A DNA stretch of 41,070 nt from an uncultured Calditrichaceae bacterium (GTDB lineage: Bacteria > Calditrichota > Calditrichia > RBG-13-44-9 > J075): the NCBI GenBank assembly GCA_964416895.1, contig CAYQGB010000005.1, positions 1-41,070 on the forward strand. The letters run 5' to 3'. The notes under the pieces are model-generated. The model saw only the letters and a program-made list of their open reading frames with translations, ran no database searches and was not told where the DNA came from. Below are positions 8,571 through 18,960 of this stretch, one piece after another. Within the stretch, counting starts at the first letter, position 1. Each line of letters starts with the position of its first letter. The position numbers were made by a program, and so were the translations under genes.

Positions 8571-9608
8571 TTAATCCACTTTCCAGGTATCGCCGCTGAT
8601 AAATAGCTGTTTTAGATCTCCCTTCCCTTTCTTATCCATCACCGCCTGAATCTGCTCATGGAACAGGCGCTCGTAGGTCGGTCGTTCCACGGCGCGAAGG
8701 ACGCCCACAGGGGTCGGCCAATCCGGATGGTCGGACATTCGCGCCAGCAGATAGGGATAGGCGTCGTTATCCGCCTGCTCTCTGTGCACCAGCACCCCTT
8801 CGGGAACGGTGTCCCCTTCTACTTCTACCACTTCCAGAGAGAACTCCCGGAATCTCAGGGCCTTCTTTTTTTCCTTCCCAAAGATCAGTGGCTGCCCGTC
8901 TTGCAGATAGAGCACGTGGTCATCTCGGGTTTGGGGATCGGTGAGCACATGAAAAGCCCCATCGTTATAGATGTTACAGTTCTGATAGACTTCCACGAAA
9001 GAACATCCTTCATGCATGGCCGCCCGTCGAAAGATTTCCGCCATATGTTTGGTGTGGCGGTCGATGGTGCGGGCAACAAAAGAGGCCCCGGCGCTCACCG
9101 CCATCGCCAGAGGATTGAACGGGGCATCCAGAGAACCGTAGGGAGTGGTTTTGGTAACCTTGCCCAAAGGGGAAGTGGGGGAATATTGCCCCTTGGTCAA
9201 TCCGTATATTTGATTGTTGAACAGTATGACGTTTACATTGACGTTTCGTCGGAAAAGATGCATCAAATGGCTGGCGCCGATGCTCAGTCCATCGCCGTCC
9301 CCGGTAATAACCCATACGGAAAGCTCGGGATTGGCCAGCTTCAGCCCCGTGGCCACCGTGGGTGCCCGCCCGTGAATGGTATGAAATCCATAGGTGTTTA
9401 AATAGTAAGGAAAGCGACTGGAACAGCCAATGCCGGATACAAACACAATCTTTTCCCGGGGAATTCCCAATTCGGGCAACACCCGCTTCATCTGGGCCAG
9501 AATGGCATAATCGCCACACCCCGGACACCAGCGTACATCCTGATCTGAGGAAAAGTCCTCCTTGACCTGCCCTTCCGTGGAACCGGCCACCGAAACCTTG
9601 TCTGCCAT
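8571..9608 (-). CDS. korB: 2-oxoacid:ferredoxin oxidoreductase beta subunit
   Basis: WCPGCG, SGIGCS, HGR, GDGD TPP motif; start moved to ATG 9608 behind GGAG. Confidence 0.92.
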   Translation of the reverse strand: MADKVSVAGSTEGQVKEDFSSDQDVRWCPGCGDYAILAQMKRVLPELGIPREKIVFVSGIGCSSRFPYYLNTYGFHTIHGRAPTVATGLKLANPELSVWVITGDGDGLSIGASHLMHLFRRNVNVNVILFNNQIYGLTKGQYSPTSPLGKVTKTTPYGSLDAPFNPLAMAVSAGASFVARTIDRHTKHMAEIFRRAAMHEGCSFVEVYQNCNIYNDGAFHVLTDPQTRDDHVLYLQDGQPLIFGKEKKKALRFREFSLEVVEVEGDTVPEGVLVHREQADNDAYPYLLARMSDHPDWPTPVGVLRAVERPTYERLFHEQIQAVMDKKGKGDLKQLFISGDTWKVD

Positions 9609-9609
9609 T

Positions 9610-11442
9610 TTATTTCTCCTCCAGCATTCTGTCAATGGTTGCCTTAAGTTCGCTCACCGAGAGCGGCTGTCCTTTTACCCGATTAAATCCCACCGCATCC
9701 ACCAAATAGGCATCTCGAATCAGCCGGCGCAATTGCCCCATGTTTACTTCCGGAACCAGCACTCTCTTGAAGTTATGAATGTACTGCTCCAGTTTTCGAG
9801 GTAAGGGATTGATCCACCGGAGATGATAGAACGAGACGCTTTTCCCTTCATTGCGGAGTTCATCCACCGCCGTGAGCACGGCGCCGTAGGTGCTTCCCCA
9901 GCTAACAATCAAGAGGTCTCCCTGAGGATCTCCATAAATCTCCGGTTCGGTCACATGATCCCGCACCCGCTGAATTTTTTCAGCTCTCAGGGTAACCATT
10001 TTGTGGTGGTTATCAGGATCGTAGGAAACATTTCCGGTAACATCTTCTTTTTCCAGTCCGCCGATACGGTGCTCCAGGCCGGGGGTTCCCGGAACCGCCC
10101 AGCGACGGGCCAGAGTGACCTCGTCTCGCTGGTAGGGGAAATACGGTTCTCCCTCCCGGGCAAATTCGATTTCGATTGTCGGCAACTGATCCACATCGGG
10201 GATTTTCCACGGTTCGGCGCCGTTGGCCAGATAGGCATCGGAGAGTACCAGCACCGGGGTCATAAATCGGGTGGCCACCTGCACCGCCTCAAAAGCAGCC
10301 CAGAAACAATCCGCCGGGCTTTGGGCGGCGATCACCGGAATGGGAGCCTCCCCGCTGCGCCCAAACAGGGCCTGCAATAAATCGGCCTGCTCGGTTTTGG
10401 TGGGCATCCCCGTGCTGGGGCCGGCCCGCTGGATATTGAGGATCACCAGAGGGATTTCCGCAATCACCCCAAAACCGATAAACTCCGTTTTCAGGGCCAG
10501 GCCGGGGCCGCTGGTCGCGGTCACACCGATATCGCCTCCAAAAGACGCTCCGATGGCGGAACCGATAGCGGCAATCTCATCCTCGGCCTGAAAACTCTTC
10601 ACCCCAAAATTCTTATACAGGGCCATGTACTGAAGCACATCGCTGGCCGGGGTGATGGGATAGCTGGCGTAAAAGATATTTCGCCCGGCCTTCTCTCCGG
10701 CGGCAATCAGCCCAAAACAGAGCGCCTCGTTGCCGGTAATATGTCGGTAAATCCCCGGTTCAATTTTGGCCGGGGGCACCTCGAAGCAAGAGGTAAAAAT
10801 CTCCGTGGACTCGGCGTAATTGTAACCGGCTTTCAACGCCAGAGTATTGGCTTCTACCCATATGGGCTTTCCGGCAAACTTGCGAGCAATCCAGTCAATG
10901 GTGGGTTGCAGGGGGCGATTGTACAGCCAGTAGAGTATCCCCAGGGCAAAGAAATTTTTACACCGCTCTTTTTCTTTGTGGGTCAACTCCACCCCTTCCA
11001 GAGCCGCCCTGGTTAACTGGGACATGGCCACCGGAAACACCTGATACCCCTGCAACTCGCCATCTTCCAGGGGATTGCTCTCAAAATGAGCCAGCCTTAG
11101 ATTTCGGGGGGTAAAGGCATCGGTATTGACGATGATGATGCCGCCTTTTTTGAGATACTTCAGGCTGCGTTTCAGGGCGGCAGGATTCATGGCTACCAGC
11201 ACATCGGCCTGATCTCCCGGCGTATGGATGGATTCGCTGCTGAACTGAAGTTGAAATCCAGAAACGCCGTACAGGGTACCCGCCGGAGCGCGAATTTCGG
11301 CAGGGAAATCCGGCAGGGTGCTGATGTCGTTCCCGGCAATCGCCGTCGTTCGGGTGAATTGATGTCCGGTTAATTGAATGCCGTCTCCGGAGTCTCCGGC
11401 AAAGCGGATGGTAACACGGGTAACTTGTTGAGCCGTTTTCAT
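9610..11442 (-). CDS. korA: 2-oxoacid:ferredoxin oxidoreductase alpha subunit (gamma-alpha fusion)
   Basis: AGDSGDG, YPITP, EDEIAA, TSGPG, QRAGPSTG motifs. Confidence 0.92.
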   Translation of the reverse strand: MKTAQQVTRVTIRFAGDSGDGIQLTGHQFTRTTAIAGNDISTLPDFPAEIRAPAGTLYGVSGFQLQFSSESIHTPGDQADVLVAMNPAALKRSLKYLKKGGIIIVNTDAFTPRNLRLAHFESNPLEDGELQGYQVFPVAMSQLTRAALEGVELTHKEKERCKNFFALGILYWLYNRPLQPTIDWIARKFAGKPIWVEANTLALKAGYNYAESTEIFTSCFEVPPAKIEPGIYRHITGNEALCFGLIAAGEKAGRNIFYASYPITPASDVLQYMALYKNFGVKSFQAEDEIAAIGSAIGASFGGDIGVTATSGPGLALKTEFIGFGVIAEIPLVILNIQRAGPSTGMPTKTEQADLLQALFGRSGEAPIPVIAAQSPADCFWAAFEAVQVATRFMTPVLVLSDAYLANGAEPWKIPDVDQLPTIEIEFAREGEPYFPYQRDEVTLARRWAVPGTPGLEHRIGGLEKEDVTGNVSYDPDNHHKMVTLRAEKIQRVRDHVTEPEIYGDPQGDLLIVSWGSTYGAVLTAVDELRNEGKSVSFYHLRWINPLPRKLEQYIHNFKRVLVPEVNMGQLRRLIRDAYLVDAVGFNRVKGQPLSVSELKATIDRMLEEK

Positions 11443-12118
11443 CAGCAGGTAACCTCATCTTAAGTTCACGATGAAAAACAAAATTTAACCACATCTCCGA
11501 AGAAAAAACAGTAAAAGGAAAACAAATTCTCCGTACCGGAGAATGCACTACATCAGTAGATAACTCTACAGGTTAGGGAATATGCACGATTTTCGTGTTG
11601 GACTTTGATAAGAACCAGCAGTTCCCATGGGGTACCGAATTCCCGGATACGCTCTCATCCGGGGAATAACAATTCCTTCATTCCGGAAATTGAGCAACCG
11701 GGGTACCCCTACACGCAAGCCCGGGGAATCAGAAAACCGCAGATCAGATCTAAGCACTGGAATGTACTTATGGAGAAAGACAGGAGTATAAGTTCAGCAA
11801 AAACAAATTCTTTCAGGAAAGCGCAATAAAATTTCTCCTCCCATTCCCGAATCGGGCATTCACGTTTCCCGAATGCAGGGGGACTTCTTTACGACCGCGG
11901 GGAAGGGAAGGAAATTATCGCTTACGGAGTTTTTATCGAAATCCGCTGTGCGTTTATTGTCCATGGGGAATACCACGTGGCAACCTCTGCGAATGTGGCA
12001 AGCCACCATGATCCCCAAACGTTTCTACCGGAAATTTGGGCGATGCACTGAGAGATAAGTAACTGGAGGGTAATTGAGAAAGAGCGAAAGGCTGAACAGG
12101 CGCCGTGAGGTCGGGTGG

Positions 12119-12370
12119 TTATTTATCCGTTTTTTTATCCTCTTTCTTGATCGCTTCGGCAGCTTTTTTCAAATCTGTGGGATCAGCCTGTTGGGCAGCG
12201 CGCAGATTTTCCTGCTTGATTCGGTCATACACTTCCTTGCGATAAACCGAAACCTGTCGAGGTGCCCGAATTCCAATTTTTACTTGTTTTCCATCAATAT
12301 CTACCACCGTGATCTTAATATCATCGCCGATACAGATGGTTTCGCCCACCCTCCGTGTTAATACCAGCAT
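12119..12370 (-). CDS. csrA: Carbon storage regulator CsrA
   Basis: [18 protein letters not shown]...GIRAP..V.VYRKE. Confidence 0.95.
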   Translation of the reverse strand: MLVLTRRVGETICIGDDIKITVVDIDGKQVKIGIRAPRQVSVYRKEVYDRIKQENLRAAQQADPTDLKKAAEAIKKEDKKTDK

Positions 12371-12803
12371 ATGCAACCTCTCTTCTTCTTGTACTCAGGG
12401 AATCTTCTTACATTCAGAAAGTTACAGAATAATCCGAATTATCCAAACGAAATTTCTTGAGGTAAAATGAGAAAACATTTAATCCCGGTTTTTCTATCGA
12501 TTCTCCATAAAGAAGGCAACCCCACAAAAAATATATCATGGACATTTCGTAATAATCAAGAACTAAATCAAATGACTCCCATCCCGGAGGCAGGGGAACC
12601 TTGCCGTACCTCAATGAAATTATAGATTTCAAGCAAAAGATTTCAGGGTTAAACAACGCCCGACTTTACTCCTCTTCTCCGCGGAAGCCGGGGAAGGGGA
12701 AAACGGGGGTACCCCTGCTCAAAGGGAATGGGAATTCCCCAAACTTTTTCAAGCAGCCCCCAAAACATCCCCGAGCCATTTTTACCACCAATGCACTATA
12801 TAC

Positions 12804-12835
12804 AAAAAAAGGAAGGTCTACCCGACCTTCCTTTT
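12804..12835 (-). terminator. Intrinsic terminator downstream of grpE
   Basis: aaaaggaaggtc/gaccttcctttt stem with A/T tracts. Confidence 0.8.
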
Positions 12836-12910
12836 GACTTAAAGGTTTCGATCACTTCAGACTTTTTCTGAAAAATATCCCGGAAAGCGCTCCGGCCGAA
12901 ATCGCTGCTT

Positions 12911-13720
12911 TCACGAAGTGGAGGATCCATCCTCCGAAGGCTCCTCAAATTTACCCACTACCACTTTGCTGGGACGAAGCAGCTTATCCTTGAGCATGAA
13001 CCCTTCCTGGAATACTTCTACCACCGTATCATGCTTCTCCTTATCCTCGGTGGGGCGCAACATCAACGCCTCGTGAATCTGAGGGTCAAACGGTTGTCCC
13101 AACGCGTCGATCTTTTGCAAGCCTTCCTTTTCCAGAATCTGCACCAGTTTTTCGTAAATCAACCGGGCGCCTTCCAGAACACTCCGCTCATTTTCTCCCT
13201 CTTCCGACCTCTCCAGCATGCTCTTGAAATCATCCACCACCGGCAACAGCTTTTTGATCATTTCGCCCTTGATGTAGGTAGCAAATTCCTGCTGTTCCCG
13301 TTCCACTCGCTTCTTGTAATTGGCGAATTCCGCTCGAATTCGCAGGTTCTGCTCTTCCAGAGCTTTCACCTTTTCCCGAAAAATTTCCCGGGCTTCTTCC
13401 AGCAGTTCTTCCGCCGTCGGTTCCCCTTCTTCTTCCGCCGTCGGTTCCCCTTCTTCTTCTGCCGGTTCGGTCTCCGCTTCCCCGGTGGCAGTTTCCACTT
13501 CGGTTTCCGCCGCCGCGGTCTCTGCCGCTTCCGGGACTTCTTCCGTTTCCGCCTCTTCGTTCTCATTCACCGGGGCCATCCCATCTCCGGAGGTCGGCGA
13601 ATTGTTCTCTTCAGGCGCCTCGGTATCGGCACGGGAACCGGTTTCGGTGATCTCTTCCTGCGTTTCTACGGTAACCTCTTCGGGAGTTTTATCGGGTTCA
13701 AGGTTTTTCTTCTTTTTCAT
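12911..13720 (-). CDS. grpE: Nucleotide exchange factor GrpE with long acidic N-terminus
   Basis: AEFANYKKR, LLPVVDD, FDPQIHEA, GFMLKDKLLRPSKVVV; ATG 13720 with AGGAGG. Confidence 0.93.
   Translation of the reverse strand: MKKKKNLEPDKTPEEVTVETQEEITETGSRADTEAPEENNSPTSGDGMAPVNENEEAETEEVPEAAETAAAETEVETATGEAETEPAEEEGEPTAEEEGEPTAEELLEEAREIFREKVKALEEQNLRIRAEFANYKKRVEREQQEFATYIKGEMIKKLLPVVDDFKSMLERSEEGENERSVLEGARLIYEKLVQILEKEGLQKIDALGQPFDPQIHEALMLRPTEDKEKHDTVVEVFQEGFMLKDKLLRPSKVVVGKFEEPSEDGSSTS
13406..13459 (-). repeat. 24-bp in-frame tandem duplication (EEEGEPTA x2) in grpE
   Basis: ttcttccgccgtcggttccccttc at 13406 and 13430. Confidence 0.9.
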
Positions 13721-13837
13721 CAGACTACCAACCTCCTTCTGAAATTTTTTCTTCCCCTTACACCTCGGGTGCAAATGTTTTTGCTCCCCGGCAAGGAGCA
13801 TCGGTGCACGTTTACCGGAGCAACCCACCCCTTAATG

Positions 13838-13872
13838 AAAAACCGGGCAGACTGTCATGGGAGCCTGCCCGG
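13838..13872 (-). terminator. Terminator-like hairpin between dnaK and grpE
   Basis: ccgggcag/ctgcccgg stem followed by ttttt on the minus strand. Confidence 0.55.
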
Positions 13873-13881
13873 AAAGGTGAG

Positions 13882-15816
13882 TTACTGTTTATCCTTGCTA
13901 TCGTCATCCACGACTTCGAAATCGGCTTCCTCGACGTTTTCATCGCTCTTGCCGGTTTGCTGTGCTCCGCTGCCATCGGTAGCGGTCGCACCCGCCTGCG
14001 CTCCGGCCTGCGCTTGCTGATACAGATTTGCGGAAACCTGGTTCCATACCTGATTCAACGCCTCGGTAGCCGAACGAATTTCTCCGATGTTGTCGCCTTT
14101 CAGCGCTTCCTTTACCCGGTTTACGGCCGCCTCCAGTTTGGCCTTGTCATCGGCGGAGAGCTTGTCGCCATATTCTTTCAGATTCTTCTCCGTCTGATAG
14201 ACCAGTTGATCGGCGTTGTTCTTGGCGTCCACCAATTCCCGCCGTTTCCGGTCTTCGGCGGCATGTTCTTTGGCTTCCCGAACCATCCGTTCAATTTCCG
14301 CTTCGCTCAAGCCGCTGCTGGCCTCAATGCGGATCTTCTGCTCTTTTCCACTGGCCAGATCCTTGGCGGAGACATTGAGGATTCCGTTGGCGTCGATGTC
14401 AAAGGTCACCTCGATCTTGGGCACGCCCCGGGGTGCCGGAGGAATCCCATCCAGAATAAACCGCCCCAGCGTTCGGTTGTCTTTGGCAAACTCCCGTTCT
14501 CCCTGCAATACGTGGATTTCCACCGAGGTCTGATTGTCGGTAGCGGTGGTAAAGATTTCGCTCTTGCGGGTGGGAATGGTAGTGTTCCGTTCGATCAGCC
14601 GGGTAAATACACCGCCCATGGTCTCGATCCCCAGCGACAGGGGAGTCACATCCAGCAGCAGCACATCCTTCACTTCTCCGGCCAACACACCTCCCTGAAT
14701 GGCGGCCCCAATGGCAACCACTTCATCGGGATTGATGCCCTTATGCGGCTCCTTGCCGAAAAATTCTTTCACCAGTTGCTGAATCCGGGGAATCCGGGTC
14801 GATCCTCCGACCAGGATCACTTCGTCAATGTCGGAAGGTTGCAAGCCGGCATCTTCCAGAGCCATCCGGCAGGGTTCCAGCGTTCGCGTTACCAGATCTT
14901 CGATCAGTTGCTCGAACTTGGAACGGGTTAGCGTGATTTGCAGGTGTTTGGGACCGCTGGCATCGGCGGTAATAAAGGGCAGGTTGATGTCCGTCTGCAG
15001 GGTGCTGCTCAGCTCGATTTTGGCCTTTTCCGCCGCTTCCCGCAGTCGCTGCAAAGCCATGGGGTCTTTACGCAGGTCGATGCCGTGCTCTTTCTGAAAC
15101 TCATCGGCCACGTAATCCACAATCCGCTGATCGAAGTTATCGCCGCCCAGGTGGGTATCCCCGTTGGTGGCCTTCACTTCGAACACTCCATCACCGATTT
15201 CCAGAATGGAGATGTCGAACGTACCACCACCGAGGTCGTACACGGCGATTTTCTCATTGGCCTTCTTATCCAGCCCGTAGGCCAGAGAAGCCGCCGTCGG
15301 TTCGTTGATGATCCGCAGCACGTTCAACCCGGCAATTTCGCCGGCCTCTTTAGTGGCCTTCCGCTGACTGTCGTTGAAATAGGCCGGTACGGTAATCACC
15401 GCATCGGTAACTTTGTGCCCCAGATAGTCTTCTGCGGTTTGCTTCATTTTTTGCAAGATCATGGCCGAGATTTCCTGGGGCGTGTAATCCTTATCCCCCA
15501 CTTCCACCACGGCCAGATTATTCACCCCTTCCTTGACTTTATAGGGCACCATCTTGGCTTCTTCGTCCACTTCCGAAATGCGCCGTCCCATAAACCGTTT
15601 GATGGAATAGATGGTGTTTTCGGGATTGGTGATCATCTGCCGTTTGGCCGGCGCTCCCACCAGGATTTCCCCGGATTTGGTAAACGCCACAATCGAAGGC
15701 GTCGTCCGGGACCCCTCAGAGTTGGGGATAACGATGGCTTCGCCGCCTTCCATCACGGCAACCACCGAGTTGGTCGTCCCCAGGTCAATTCCGATGACTT
15801 TCTTCTTTTCTGCCAT
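13882..15816 (-). CDS. dnaK: Chaperone DnaK (Hsp70)
   Basis: [32 protein letters not shown]. Confidence 0.99.
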   Translation of the reverse strand: MAEKKKVIGIDLGTTNSVVAVMEGGEAIVIPNSEGSRTTPSIVAFTKSGEILVGAPAKRQMITNPENTIYSIKRFMGRRISEVDEEAKMVPYKVKEGVNNLAVVEVGDKDYTPQEISAMILQKMKQTAEDYLGHKVTDAVITVPAYFNDSQRKATKEAGEIAGLNVLRIINEPTAASLAYGLDKKANEKIAVYDLGGGTFDISILEIGDGVFEVKATNGDTHLGGDNFDQRIVDYVADEFQKEHGIDLRKDPMALQRLREAAEKAKIELSSTLQTDINLPFITADASGPKHLQITLTRSKFEQLIEDLVTRTLEPCRMALEDAGLQPSDIDEVILVGGSTRIPRIQQLVKEFFGKEPHKGINPDEVVAIGAAIQGGVLAGEVKDVLLLDVTPLSLGIETMGGVFTRLIERNTTIPTRKSEIFTTATDNQTSVEIHVLQGEREFAKDNRTLGRFILDGIPPAPRGVPKIEVTFDIDANGILNVSAKDLASGKEQKIRIEASSGLSEAEIERMVREAKEHAAEDRKRRELVDAKNNADQLVYQTEKNLKEYGDKLSADDKAKLEAAVNRVKEALKGDNIGEIRSATEALNQVWNQVSANLYQQAQAGAQAGATATDGSGAQQTGKSDENVEEADFEVVDDDSKDKQ

Positions 15817-15848
15817 AAGTTGTTTCCTCCTTTGAATTCAAACCTACC

Positions 15849-16334
15849 TTACAAAGCCCCGTTGATTTTCATAATCAAACTTTCGATGGCTTCCTGATAT
15901 CCATAATGTTTTTCCTTCAATTGCATCAGCAGATGCGCCTGCTGTTCCAGACCGAGATCTTCCGCCCAGTTGGCATCGTCGATAAGCTGCTCGCCGATTT
16001 CGTTCTCCAGCGCCAGAATTCGGGTAAATTCCCCGGTCGGCTCCGCCCGGTGATCTTCCGCCGTCTTCGCCTCCGGAGTGCCTCCGAATTCCCGAATCAG
16101 CCCGGCAATGGTCTGCACGTCTTTCTGTTTGTCCTCCACGATCTTCAGCGCCGCTTCCGTCAGATGAGGATAGGGTAAATGACGCGCCTCCGCTTCCAAC
16201 TCTCTCATCAGAACCAACTCCTTTTCGTACAACTTCTGAAACCGATGAAGCAGATCCCGCTTCGTGTCTTCGCCCGGTTGGGAGTCGCTGCTCAACCTGG
16301 TAATCCAGCGATCAATTAAACTTTGCTCACCCAT
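15849..16334 (-). CDS. Ferritin-like four-helix bundle protein, metal ligands apparently degenerate
   Basis: All-helical; IREFGGTP turn typical of ferritin-like fold; SD GAGGAG; 32 bp upstream of dnaK. Confidence 0.55.
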   Translation of the reverse strand: MGEQSLIDRWITRLSSDSQPGEDTKRDLLHRFQKLYEKELVLMRELEAEARHLPYPHLTEAALKIVEDKQKDVQTIAGLIREFGGTPEAKTAEDHRAEPTGEFTRILALENEIGEQLIDDANWAEDLGLEQQAHLLMQLKEKHYGYQEAIESLIMKINGAL

Positions 16335-16402
16335 CTTTCTCCTCGCCGTCTCGGGTTCATAAATTGGGTAATTTGATCCAGCCCTTGCAGAGGCACCTCT
16401 TG

Positions 16403-16421
16403 TTTAACAACAATGATGCCA
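16403..16421 (-). promoter_or_regulatory. Candidate sigma54-type -24/-12 promoter (TGGCAT-N5-TTGT)
   Basis: Minus strand tggcatcattgttgttaaa, about 70 bp upstream of ATG 16334. Confidence 0.5.
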
Positions 16422-16510
16422 AAAAAGGGCATATATCTGTAAGAAAAGAAAAAATAATCGGTTACAAAGGAAACATTTTAAGCAGGTTCATTCTTCGGAA
16501 ACCGCATAAA

Positions 16511-16544
16511 ATGCCACAATGCCAACATGTATGCCACGATGGCA
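16511..16544. promoter_or_regulatory. Tandem candidate activator sites ATGCCACAATGCCA and ATGCCACGATGGCA
   Basis: Two near-identical 14-mers exactly 20 bp apart; the second is a TGCCA-N3-TGGCA palindrome. Confidence 0.5.
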
Positions 16545-16669
16545 AGTTTGCCTCACCGCGGCAAGTTCAACTGACAAAGTGCGCCACCGGGTGGGAGTTC
16601 CCCGGGGATAGCCGGGGTATGGCTCCGCTGATGGAGGCAATTCGCCGCTGTTTGAGAGGGCCGGAAAAG

Positions 16670-18001
16670 TTACAGCACGGAGAAAAATATCTGATTATGG
16701 TTGATCACCGCGTGGGGGCGACCGGTAAATTCCCATCCCTGAAAGGGAGAGTTCTGACTTTTGGAGAGTCCTCTGGTCACATCGTAGCGCCACTCCGCCG
16801 CAGGATCAAAAATGGTGAGATTGGCCGGTTGTCCCTTCCGGATTGCCGGGGGTTCCAGGCGCAAGATGTGGTACGGATGGAGGGTAAATTTGGCGATCAA
16901 ATCCTTCAGGCTCAACAGGCCCGGTTTGACCAGTTGAGTGAGGCTCAATCCCAGCGCGGTTTCCAATCCGATAATCCCAAAGGGCGCATAAATGAACTCG
17001 GAGGCTTTTTCTTCCCAGGAGTGCGGGGCATGATCGGTGGCGATCACCTCAATGGTGTTATCCTGCAATCCTTCCAGAATGGCCTGACGATCTTCCTCGG
17101 TGCGCAACGGTGGACTCATTTTGGTGTTGGTGTCAAATCCCCGCACGGCCTCTTCCGTCAGGGTAAAATGGTGAGGGGTGGCTTCGGCGGTTACGGGAAT
17201 GCCCCGGGCTTTGGCTTCCCGCACCAGTTCCACTCCCCGGCGGGTGGACAGATGGGCCACATGAAAACGCCCTCCGGTGTATTCGGCAAGCATGATATCC
17301 CGGGCAATCATTACCTCTTCCGCGACCGAGGGCATCCCCCGCAGGCCCAGACAGGTGGAGACGAACCCCTCATTGATATGTGCATTCACGGTCATGGTAT
17401 TGTCTTCTTCGTGACCGATGACGGGGATGTCCACCATCCGGGTATATTCCAGCGCCCGGCGCATGATCTCTGCACTCATCACCGGGCTGCCGTCATCGGA
17501 GATGGCCACCGCTCCCTGTTCGGCCAGTTCCAGAATCTCGGTCAATTCCTTGCCTTCCCGGCCTTTGGTAATCGCGGCGATGGGATGCACATCCACCAGG
17601 GCTCCCTCCGCCCGGTCTTTGATGTATTGAATGATCTCCTGAGAGTCGATGGGGGGAGAGGTGTTGGGCATGCAACAAACGGCGGTGAATCCCCCGTTGG
17701 CCGCCGCCAGGGAACCGCTGGCAACAGTCTCTTCATCTTCCCGACCGGGTTCCCGCAGATGTACGTGCATATCCATCCAGCCGGGGCTGATCACTTTGCC
17801 GGTTACCTCCATCACCTCGCCGGAAAATCCTGCCGCATCCACCGGCCCCACCGCCACAATCATTCCATCTTCGATGAGCACATCGGTCACTTCATCCAGT
17901 TCAAGGCCGGGGTCGATCACCCGACCGCCTTTCAGCAGCAGCCGGGAAGGTAACTGCTGAAATCGCCCATCCCGGGCGGAAACGTTCTTAGTGAATTTCA
18001 C
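16670..18001 (-). CDS. pyrC: Dihydroorotase
   Basis: HVHLREPG, MPNT, ATDHAPH; GTG 18001 with GGAGG; overlaps the pyrB end. Confidence 0.94.
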   Translation of the reverse strand: MKFTKNVSARDGRFQQLPSRLLLKGGRVIDPGLELDEVTDVLIEDGMIVAVGPVDAAGFSGEVMEVTGKVISPGWMDMHVHLREPGREDEETVASGSLAAANGGFTAVCCMPNTSPPIDSQEIIQYIKDRAEGALVDVHPIAAITKGREGKELTEILELAEQGAVAISDDGSPVMSAEIMRRALEYTRMVDIPVIGHEEDNTMTVNAHINEGFVSTCLGLRGMPSVAEEVMIARDIMLAEYTGGRFHVAHLSTRRGVELVREAKARGIPVTAEATPHHFTLTEEAVRGFDTNTKMSPPLRTEEDRQAILEGLQDNTIEVIATDHAPHSWEEKASEFIYAPFGIIGLETALGLSLTQLVKPGLLSLKDLIAKFTLHPYHILRLEPPAIRKGQPANLTIFDPAAEWRYDVTRGLSKSQNSPFQGWEFTGRPHAVINHNQIFFSVL

Positions 18002-18917
18002 TTTTGCCTCCTGCAAGTAAGTACAACACCGCCATACGCAGGGCCACCCCGTTGGTCACCTGCTCCAGGATAACGGAATGTTCGCTATCGGCCACGTCGC
18101 TGGCGATCTCCAGCCCCCGATTCATCGGTCCCGGATGCATGATCAGGATGGGACGGGTGGCCTTCTCCAGGCGTTCCCGGGTGATTCCGAAGTAGTTGTG
18201 ATACTCCCGCAGGGAAGGAAACAGTCCGCTGCGCTGCCGCTCCAGTTGCAGGCGGAGAATGTTCAGCACATCCACCTGGGGAATCACCTCGTCGATGTTA
18301 TGGTACACCTCCACGCCCAGGCGCTCGATATGACGGGGGATCAAGGTTGATGGCCCGCAGACGATCACCCGGGCGCCCATGGCCTTCAGGCCGTAAATGT
18401 TGGAGAGGGCCACACGGGAGTGGGAGATATCCCCCACCAGGGCGATGGTAAGCTTGCTCAGGTCGCCCAATTTTTCCCGGATGGTCATCATATCCAGAAG
18501 CGCCTGAGTGGGATGTTCATGCCCGCCGTCGCCGGCGTTGATCACGTTGGCATCCACCACCCGGCTCAGCAGGTGGGCTGCTCCCGGCGAAGAATGCCGC
18601 ACCACCACCATATCCATGCGCATGGCCTCGATGTTCTTCACCGTATCGATCAGCGACTCTCCCTTCTTCACCGAACTGGTGCTGGCCGAAAAATTCACGA
18701 TGTCCGCAGACAGACGCTTCTCTGCCAGCTCGAACGAAATCCGGGTACGAGTAGATGGCTCATAAAACAGGTTGACCACCGTCTTTCCCTGAAGGGTGGG
18801 TACCCGTTTGATCGGTCGATCCAGAATTTCCCGGAACGATCGGGCCGTATCCAGAATGATCTGGATCTCTTCCCGATCCATGCCATCCAGACCTAAGAGA
18901 TGCCTTGATTTCAACAT
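17988..18917 (-). CDS. pyrB: Aspartate carbamoyltransferase catalytic subunit
   Basis: FYEPSTRT, HPTQALLD, HPGP. Confidence 0.97.
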   Translation of the reverse strand: MLKSRHLLGLDGMDREEIQIILDTARSFREILDRPIKRVPTLQGKTVVNLFYEPSTRTRISFELAEKRLSADIVNFSASTSSVKKGESLIDTVKNIEAMRMDMVVVRHSSPGAAHLLSRVVDANVINAGDGGHEHPTQALLDMMTIREKLGDLSKLTIALVGDISHSRVALSNIYGLKAMGARVIVCGPSTLIPRHIERLGVEVYHNIDEVIPQVDVLNILRLQLERQRSGLFPSLREYHNYFGITRERLEKATRPILIMHPGPMNRGLEIASDVADSEHSVILEQVTNGVALRMAVLYLLAGGKSEIH

Positions 18918-18960
18918 AGACGCTTCCCTGTCTATTGGAGAGAGCTATTTGGATATTCGG

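Noticed and set aside
13721-13828. Upstream in-frame extension of grpE (and similar extensions for korB, pyrC, cpoB, mreD, ldcA and the 38033 ORF)
   Set aside because: Downstream starts have SD sequences, coupling overlaps or promoters that fit better
13031-15897. Long + strand ORFs (329, 375 and 319 aa)
   Set aside because: Antisense shadows of grpE and dnaK, a common artefact of codon bias
16364-17953. 529-aa + strand ORF
   Set aside because: Antisense to a clear pyrC; no recognisable motifs
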